DNA of 64,000 nt from the human T2T-CHM13v2.0 reference genome, Homo sapiens. The position numbers were made by a program, and so were the translations under genes. Each line of letters opens with the position of its first letter. The stretch's first letter is position 1. The stretch is from NCBI RefSeq assembly GCF_009914755.1, contig NC_060926.1. One strand, 5' to 3'. Under the pieces are notes generated by a model. The model ran no database searches and had not been told where the DNA came from. It saw only the letters and a list, made by a program, of their open reading frames with translations. Positions 54,291 to 64,000 of the stretch are shown here, piece by piece.

Positions 54291-55699
54291 CTATCAAAAG
54301 AAACATAATAGTATGTTTTGATAAGATTCATCTCCAGCAATTTCAAAAGAAGATCTAGCTCTATGTTCTAAAATCAGCTCCATTTTGTCAAAGATTTTCC
54401 TGAAATAGTGGTCTGGGATCCTGATGAAGCTTCAAGCACTAATTTTCACAAGAAGAGATGTGAAGACAAGAGTCCACGGAGTGGATGGCTTACTATTTTT
54501 TTTTAAGGCTTTGATGGTAACTGCTATTACATAAGGACAAAAAAATCAAACAGGTAGTTTGAGATTTTGAGCAAGTGAAATATTTTTTAGAGAGTTAGGA
54601 TGAATCGATCATCCTATCTGATCTGAGCACCCACCAAATTTTAAGCTGTATGAGAAATTAAAACTTAACAAGAGTCAGATTTTAGTTCAGCTTAAATCTA
54701 GTCACTTCATACTTAATGTCTACGTCGTCATTGCAAAACCCTCTGTAGGGTGCTGGGACATGAGTAAGAACTTTTTAACCATTAAAGCCATCAGCAGTTC
54801 AAGGTTAGGGAATCCTCTTCTCCAGAGCTGCGCAGAGGAAGGACATCTGTCTTCCATGTTTCCTGAGGATGACCCATCATTACAGACTTCTACTGGTGGA
54901 AGATTAGGAGATGCTTCTTGGCCTCTTCCAACTAAACCCTGAAAAACTACCATGTATTTTTCAGGGTACTGAAGACTTATTGCTGGCTCAATCGATACTG
55001 TATTTTCTTTCTCTGAATCTGTGCACTGCCCTGAAGCCCCTGAAGTTATTTCTTGGGAATTGAGGATAATTTCTGCACAATTTGGCTAACAACTGAAATC
55101 AAAGCAACACAGGGCCTTACAGACCATCCTATAATTTAAAAAATTTAGATCGCTCAAACTTTCTTCTTTAGTTTGTAGAAGGGAGTGATCATGAAGTTAA
55201 ATTAATAGCGATCAACAGTTATCACTTCAAATGTTTGGGATTAATGGTTTGTGGTAGGCAAAGTTGCTAAGTGAAACCCTAATGATAAGCTGGAAATCAC
55301 ATTTGCTCTATAGTTGCCCAGGACAAAGACACTCAGCTCCTCTGAACACACTTCCTATCTAGTGATTAAAGCCACATTAAATGGACAGAGTTCCTAACAC
55401 CAAACAGCAGACTCCCAGTTTGTACCCTAGGGACATTGCTCTCATATGTATCCCCTCCTGCTATCCTGGCTTCTTCTAATAAGCATTGGCTTCTTTCAAC
55501 AAAAACTCCCCCTCTTTCAGTGGCTCCTCCATTTATCTTGTAGTGGAAACAAAATTGAACAAGTGATCTATACCCAGACTTTCCATTTCTTCATCATATT
55601 TTCCTTCTTTACTCTCTGCAATCTATCTTCTGCCTACATCCTGCCATTGAAACGTCTCACATCCTTACCACATCTGCTTTGTAATCTCTTTTCCAATTT

Positions 55700-56990
55700 A
55701 ACATTGTTTCCTGCTCCTTTCTTCCCGCAACTCTCTTCTGATTCTCCTCCTCCTCTCACTTCCTGAGTCCTGATGTCCCCACCGCTCCTCTCTATCTGCG
55801 GGTGCACCTCCTCGGCTCAGCCCTCTGCAATTTTCTCACTCTCATCAGTCCCTCAATGACCTCACCCACCATCATGTCCTCACAATCTCCTCTCTGTAGA
55901 GAACTCCCAAACTAACCTTTCAACCGGTCCTTTCCCACAAGCCCAGTCCTACAGAAACTTGCTACTTGAAAGTTCCAATGTGCTCCCATTTTGTTGGTTG
56001 TATTTCCATCTCCTGCACTTTCCAGGCCTTAAAATTTAGTCATCTTTGACTCAAGTTTCTCAGCGGTTGTCTCTGTGTCTCCGCTGTCAACATCACATCT
56101 CGCAGTTCTGTGAATTGTTCTTTCACAATGTCTCCTAGACCCACCACTCCCAGCATCTCTTAGGCTCACTCTCACACCCCACCCAAGGACACATTCCCTA
56201 GTTCTTACCACCATACATATGGGCACTTCTATAATTTCTTAATAGAGATCCCTGCCTTTTCCCTCAGATGTAGCCAACACGATAGGAACAGGTTAATATT
56301 CCTAAAACATGGCCTTCATCATTCTCTGGCTTAAAATTCTTTAGTGTCTGTTTTATTGAAAAAAAAAAGTGATGTCCTTCAGCCTGACATCTAAGGCTCT
56401 CCCCTCCATGGGCCCAGTTTCTTTATGTATCTGACCTTCTGTTTCTCTTTTCCCTGACATGAACTTTCAGTTCTAGTTTCTTGTTTGCCCCTGGGATAAG
56501 CTATGCTCACTCCCAGCAAGGGGCCTCTGCTCCACAAAATCAAATTGCATCCTTTTTTCAAAGGTCAGATCAAGTCTCACCTCTTTCATGAAACCTTCTT
56601 AGGTATAGCTTTGTCCTCTGCCCCCGAAGCTTCAAACAGAAAGCGAATCAAACAATAAAGTCAGGCAGCTTTCACAAAGTCACACGCTGCTCAGTGGCAC
56701 ACTTTTCATTATACTTCTTGCTGTGGCTGTTTCTTTGTCTTTGTTTGGACTCTTTTCCTACCTATATCAAACCTTCCCACTGTTATCCAGCCTTCAAGAA
56801 CCACTATAAGTCCCTCTTCCCCTTTCAAGTTTACAGCAAGCTCTCTCTGACTTATGTGATGTGCCCCTGACCATGCTGTATATTTTCAAAAGTTTAAACC
56901 TTGCGTTAGACTTCTTTGCATCCCCCAGAGCACCTAGTCGTGGGCCTTGTACAGAGTCACTGCTCCATAAATAGCCGTGGACTTGATTTC
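55700..56990 (-). mobile_element. L2 remnants
   Basis: Pyrimidine-rich diverged L2 3' motifs. Confidence 0.5.
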
Positions 56991-57085
56991 TTTAAATGGA
57001 TCCATCAAACAGATGTAGAAAAAGAAAGAGATCTAACAGGAATTTTTGGGTTGGGAAATTATGCATGTGGAGTGAAAGTATTTAC

Positions 57086-57107
57086 CTGGTTTTGGCATAG
57101 AACTCAT
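57086..57107 (-). CDS. MAP3K19: MAP3K19 first canonical coding segment (MSSMPKP)
   Basis: ATGAGTTCTATGCCAAAACCAG|GTAAAT, 22 nt. Confidence 0.93.
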
Positions 57108-57201
57108 TAAAATGTCCAAAAGCTGCTGTTTCTTTGAACTCTCTATTTGTGACACATAATGTATTGCTGATTTTCCACTAAAATCACAAAGTTTAGGATC
57201 T
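57108..57201 (-). other. MAP3K19: 5' part of the start-codon exon (nominal 5'UTR), open and in frame with the CDS, ankyrin-like
   Basis: Acceptor TGTTCTTCCTAG|AGAT; 1 nt plus 31 codons DPKLCDFSGKSAIHYVSQIESSKKQQLLDIL with no stop before the ATG. Confidence 0.85.
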
Positions 57202-57726
57202 CTAGGAAGAACAGAATCAACATTAAAGTTTATTTAGTTGAATCTGTTGAAAAAAGAAAACTAATATGAGAGGGAAACATTTACATCAAATAAATAAAAA
57301 GTAATCTTATGTAGTTTGGGGATAATAATAATGATTTCAAAATGTGTGAATAGAGGATGACAATTTTACAAGATTTTAAATAAAAGGAATTTGCTGTGTA
57401 TCTTTATTCCCATCCCCATTCTAAAAACATTCTGAGGTTTGCAGAGAATTCCCAACTTTGGACAAAAATTTTTATAATTCTTTAAGGGTACATAAAATCA
57501 AGTAAAGATAAAAACATCTTTTGTTGTTTTTTTTTATATTTTTAAATTTTTTTCAATGAGTCATAAGGATTAAAACATTTTGATAAATGATTGTCTTATC
57601 ATTCCAAATAGCTCACTTGATTTTTTTCTTTTCAATAATTAAGCTAACTGCTGACTTTTTTGATATTTCTTTTTTCTAATGCTAACAGCTAGCTCTTTTA
57701 TGATTCAAAATGGTGGAATGGCATAG

Positions 57727-58145
<419 letters not shown>

Positions 58146-59383
58146 CCCACATGGCCTTTTCATTCCTCTTTACCTGGCTTTGTGGTTGGTAAGCCCAACT
58201 GGCTGATCTTAGGACCATTTACAACAGAACAAGTCTCTTCTTATCCTCTCTATTATGACAGCACAAGTCTCTTCTTATCCTCTCTATGTTGTACTGAACC
58301 CTTGCATTAGATATCAGCTCAGAGAAATCCAAAGTTAAATGATGAGAATCCCATTAATAGATTACAGTGAGGGAAACAATGATGAAACTTGCTTTACTTA
58401 TCCTATTCTAGGACAAGGAGCAAGTTGATCATGGTCTCTGTCCTAAAACATTTGAATTTGAATCTCTTCGTTGCTATGGGACAGGGTAATGTGTCATGAG
58501 CCACAGTAATATTCTCTTATGGACTTTTCTTCATCAAAGATTGTAATTCAAAAGAAATAGCATAGGACTGAGAATTGGGGTTGCCACTACCTTGATATAT
58601 GGCTTTAAGCAAGCCACTTATCATATTTGCAGAGAATTCCCAACTTTGGACAAAAATTTTTATAATTATTTAAGGGTGCATAAAAACAAGTAAAGATAAA
58701 CTCATTGGGGCCTCTCCTCATCTGCCTAGATTAGGGTGTCTCCAAGTGGCATACCTTGATTTCCAGTATTCTGGACCCCAATCCAGACCTACTGAACATC
58801 TCTGGGATGACGTCCAGGAATCTCCACTTTTATCAATTGGCCAAACTATTTCTCAACACTAGGCTGAAGTAGCTTCAAAATTCCCTTTTCATTCCATTAT
58901 ACTAACTGATCCTTTTACAATATCTTGTATTCTTGACTATAATTTTGTTCTTGAAGCTCCCTCCTCCTTTTTTTTTCAAAACAAAATTCATATGAAGTAC
59001 TGAGAAAGAGCTCAGGCCATCTGTTCTTATTTGATGACAAGATAACTAAGTAACAGCTTTAGGAAACTGCAATTGTAACATAAGAGATTGCTTATTAACC
59101 CTCTTATTTAAAAAAAAAGTGCATTGTTTATCTCCTCCCTCCTAAAAGAGCATTTGACATATAGTAATTTTAAGATAACTTGAAAACACTATTATAAATT
59201 GCTTTTCAGACATTGACAGTGTTTTCTGAAATAATTAGTAATATCTTGGGGGTAGAGAGCTGGATACTCAAGAATTATTTGACATTCCCAGTAACTACCA
59301 GAACAGTAATCATTTCAAGAAATGAAACAAAGAGCCAGATATCATAAGAATAATAGGTAGCAAATTTTAGAAACTGCACATCA

Positions 59384-59968
<585 letters not shown>

Positions 59969-59999
59969 TCAGCTGGGCTGACTAACTGCTCATATTCAC

Positions 60000-60154
60000 G
60001 CATGATGCCTTAGGAGCTGGGACAGAACTTCCACAGGTTTGTACACTGTTAACATGTCAAGACTCTCAAACAGGTCCACATCTCTCACAGCCAGCATCAG
60101 AGGGGTCAAGCCATGTTGGTTTGGGAAATTTATATCCAGGAACTCTTCAGATGC
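60000..60154 (-). CDS. MAP3K19: Hidden or cryptic 155-nt ankyrin-repeat exon (phase 0 to 2), open throughout
   Basis: Acceptor GTTTTTAAAG|GCA, donor TGC|GTGAAT; translates ASEEFLDINFPNQHGLTPLMLAVRDVDLFESLDMLTVYKPVEVLSQLLRHHA; phases fit both neighbouring exons. Confidence 0.75.
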
Positions 60155-60309
60155 CTTTAAAAACATGCAGCTTTATTTCTGTTGTGTTTTTACTGCATAG
60201 CTCTTTATGCTAATCTTTGCATTTTCATTGCTTGGCCAACGTTTCATTATAACTTCAATATGTTCTTTCTCAGTGTCTGTCCTGAAAGGGAACTGATGAG
60301 GTGAAAGAA

Positions 60310-60700
60310 CACAAGCCAGAAAGACAGATCTGGGTTTCAATCTCAGCTGCTTAAGGTGGTTATTTAACTTCCCTGACAGGTTGTATCAGGGACACCCTGT
60401 TAAAAGGTGATCAAATCACCCTGATAAATTGAGGGTATCCAGTTGAATCATGTATAATTTTCATTTGGGATGTATTTATACAAAAAACTATTTGTTGTTT
60501 ATCTGAAATTTAAATTTAACTGGGTGTCCTGTATTTTTATTTGCAAAATCTGGCAACCCTATTTGCTAAACTTCAGAGCCCTCAGTTGTAAGGTGGAATA
60601 GTAGCGTCTTCCTTGTAGGGTTATGTTGCTGATTGGTGCTAGAATGTAAAAAGTACTTAGCAGAGTGTCTAACACACAGTAGGTGCTCAGTAAACATTCA
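60310..60700. mobile_element. MIR interrupted by a MER53-like hAT element (about 60375-60561)
   Basis: ttgtttatctgaaatttaaatttaactgggtgtcctgtatttttatttgcaaaatctggcaaccct. Confidence 0.75.
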
Positions 60701-60737
60701 CTGAATGAATAAATAATTTATAATAATACAGCAGCTC

Positions 60738-61049
60738 AGCCGGGCATGGTGGCTCACACCTGTAATCCCAGCACTTTAGAAGGCTGAGGCATGTGGATTG
60801 CTTGAGCCCAGGAGTTTGAGACCAGCCTGGGCAACATGGCAAAACCCCATCTCTACTAAAAATACAAAAAATTAGCCAGGCATGGTGGCATGCACCTGTA
60901 GTCCTGGTGACTCAGGAGGCTGAGGTGGGAGGATCACCTGAGCCTGGGAAAGTCGAGGCTGCAGTGAGCTGTGATCACGCCACTGCACTCCAGCCTTGGC
61001 AACATAGTGAGACTCTGTCTCAAAAAAAAAAAAAAAAATTAAAAAAAAA
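60738..61049 (+). mobile_element. AluJb-like
   Basis: Dimer with A tail. Confidence 0.9.
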
Positions 61050-61554
61050 CAACTAACTTACCTGTATTTACATAGTCAAATGGAGGGAGGCATATGAATG
61101 TAATTTGATGCCTTAATGAAAGTAAAACTTAATTTGGATAATTCAAAACTGAAAAGCTACCGCAGGCCAAAACACCTAAATTGTTCATTTTATAGACCAA
61201 AGAAATGCACTAATTTCCATCTCTATTTCACTTTATGCCATGTAAGTATACTCAGTGTCTCTACCTCAGCTTCTCTAGGGACAAACTAGAAATAATGGTA
61301 TTACTTCAGCAGGGTACTGTGGGAATTAATTAGTTAATTTTTTTTTTTAGTCGCTAAGAAGAAACCACCTCTGATATCAATGTTTATTATTAGTTAGAAC
61401 CAATATGAAAATTTTGAACTGAGAATAGTCTTGCAATAGCATATCAATTCAGCATCTGTTGATCAAGGTATAGATCCAGTTACAGGTACCAGTTTCTTAA
61501 AACTTGGTTCCTAATGTTTAGGGGTTAAAAATGTGGCTATAAAAACAGACATTG

Positions 61555-61868
<314 letters not shown>

Positions 61869-62775
61869 TTAGATTACAATTACAACTGCTGGAAACACCA
61901 TTAAGTAAAATACATTGTCTTTCAAAAAAATTTCTAAGCCTCAGTTCGTGATGTCTGGCAATTTTAGACTATCATTTAGTCCAACAAAAGAATTTGAAGT
62001 ATTGTTTGGTTTTGTTATATCTCTTCTTGAACTGTACCTGAGTGGAATATCTTTCACTTTTTTCTTTATCTGTTTGTGTCTTTACCATAAGGGATTAGAA
62101 GAAACTGTTTCCTAGCAGCAATTGATTTTCTTTCAGTTGGAAGGTCACATGGTCTGACAGTCTCTTTGAAGGTAAATGCCAAGAGTAGGCAATTGCCAGT
62201 CACCAATAATTAATGTCCTTGGTTATGCATATGATTTTGCAAGTTGCTTTGGGAAAAAGTATCTGTAAGTAGAAAATCTAAACACAAGGATCAATACCCT
62301 GAGAAGACAGCCCTTTAAAAATGTATCCTCTGAACTCTTTCATGACAACTAAATATTAGGCAAGGCATAGGCTCTCAGATTCCTTTTTCAGGATAAAGAT
62401 AATAACAGCAACTGGTCCAAAGGGATCAAAGCAGCAATTGTACAAATGGCAATGATGCCAAGGGAACTCCTCTGAGCAAGTTGATAGTGGTCCTCTGGAG
62501 GCTTCCTGGGAGCAAATCATTTCCCAGGGGTGTTGTGTGACTTCTAGCACCCAGCTTGAGGAAGGTGGAAATCGACTGCTCCTGTGTTCTTTTATTATCT
62601 TGTTTTCCACCCCAGTGTCCTGTTTGATCCCCTTTCTTTTTTATATGTTTTGTCTGAAACTTCCTAGGATTATATTTGAAAAGAATTTATTTTTCTTTAA
62701 AAGGAGTCATATGTAGTCTGTGCCCTTTTCACCATCCACTCACCCACCCAAAGACAGAAACAAATATCAACTAAC

Positions 62776-62964
62776 CAGTAAATGTTGAACTTGCTCAAGA
62801 TCACCTTGCCATGAACTTTGTAGAAGTTGCATTTGGGGAGCCTGGATTCTATTGACTGCCAAGAGTTGTCTTTGGATATTGCAATTAGCTACATGAATTG
62901 CGGTTCGATTGCTGTAATTGCAAAGGGTGATATCTACTCACTTTTCCAGAAGAAATCCAACAAC
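62776..62964 (-). other. MAP3K19: Upstream 189-nt exon (nominal 5'UTR) encoding ankyrin-like sequence with one in-frame TGA
   Basis: Acceptor TCATTTTGCAG|GTT, donor CTG|GTTAGT; frame 0 reads VVGFLLEK*VDITLCNYSNRTAIHVA...MQLLQSSWQGDLEQVQHLL. Confidence 0.85.
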
Positions 62965-63238
62965 CTGCAAAATGACACAGTCTTAGTTAAATATTTTTAA
63001 GTACCAACAGTGTCTTCAGAGCTGGGTGGAAAACTGACTTAGGCATGGCTCTGATTCATCGGGATGTGGGTAACTGCTATTTGCCCTTTTTAATTTGGGG
63101 AACAAAAATCTCCATGACATGCATGATTTTTGGATAGTCTTTTTTGCAGGGACTAGAGATCTATGAGTATTGTATGTTAAATCCACACAAAACATTGAAG
63201 TTTTATAACTGTCTATAATCAAAAATACAAAACCAAAG

Positions 63239-63397
63239 GGAGCAGGCATGGTTTTGTGTGCCTGTAATCCCAGCTACTGGGAGGTTGAGGCGGGAGGATC
63301 ACTTGAGCCCAGGAGTTCAAGGCCATCATGCACTATAATCCTACTGTGAATAGCCACTGCACTCTAACCTGGGCAACATAGCAAGATCCTGTCTCTA
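63239..63397 (+). mobile_element. FAM (fossil Alu monomer)
   Basis: ctgtgaatagccactgcac FAM motif; TSD aaaaatacaaaa(c/a)caaag. Confidence 0.85.
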
Positions 63398-63529
63398 AAA
63401 AATACAAAAACAAAGATGATTCAGGCTTATATATCCTTGAATGTCACAAGTATTTCTGCAAGTGTTTCTAGAAAGAGAGTAAACTCTATTCAATATGGTG
63501 AGGGGACAGACTGCCCAGTTGCATGTTAA

Positions 63530-64000
63530 GAACTGTCCTTGGTGCTGAGACTGCACCAATGAACAAGACCAGCAGCCAGCCTTTAAAGTATTTGCAGTCT
63601 AGTGAAGAACAGAGACATATTTAAAAAAAAAAAAAAAGGCAATTGCAACATGGGGTGATAAATGTAACAAGAGAAGTGAATACAGGAGGATGATGGGGGC
63701 ACTTCGACAAAATCTATTAAGATATCTTGGAGAGTCTGCGAAGACTTTTTGGAGAAAGTGATGTCTAAGCTGAGACCTGAGGAATCAGACTCAGCCAGGC
63801 AGACTGGGAGAAAGATTGTTCCAAGCAGAGGATACAGTGTGAATAAAGTACAGTGTGTACAAGAGGGCAAGTAATATTCAAAGCTTTGGAAGGAGTTAGG
63901 TATGTCTAGAGCCCAGAATAAGAAAAGGAAGAGAAGGAGATGTGGGTGGAGAAATCAGCTGTGCCTCAGTCCTGAAAGACCTGACAAACCCCTCTGAGGA
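63530..64000 (+). mobile_element. L2 remnant
   Basis: gtgatgtctaagctgagacctgagg...gttccaagcagagg. Confidence 0.6.

Noticed and set aside
61062-61353. Perfect donor CAG|GTAAGT at 61062 as an additional ankyrin exon
   Set aside because: The nearest acceptor gives an immediate stop, no ankyrin-like sequence was seen, and exons A and B already join seamlessly
62938-62940. TGA as selenocysteine or programmed read-through
   Set aside because: The position corresponds to an ankyrin Gly rather than Cys, there is no CTAG read-through context, and no SECIS can be assessed in this window; a simple nonsense mutation is more parsimonious

Overview
Human (hominid) genomic DNA carrying most of MAP3K19 (YSK4, STE11-family MAP3K) on the minus strand. 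Nine coding exons were resolved to the base by GT-AG sites and frame continuity (57107 to 13251; 3920 coding nt, including a 2454-nt giant exon and the kinase exons). The terminal exon lies left of the window and further 5' exons lie to its right. The rest is repeat-dense intron: an SVA, a near full-length old L1, about 45 Alus, MaLR/ERV LTRs and DNA transposons including a MER85. Main finding: a hidden ankyrin-repeat N-terminus that the ORF track does not show. The nominal 5'UTR exon 62776-62964, an unannotated-looking exon 60000-60154 and the 94 nt upstream of the usual ATG splice together in one frame that encodes about 3-4 ankyrin repeats fused to MAP3K19. That frame is broken only by one TGA (62938-62940) at a position where ankyrin consensus expects Gly. 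Gene identity and repeat family names come from recall of known sequences, not database searches, and repeat boundaries are approximate.
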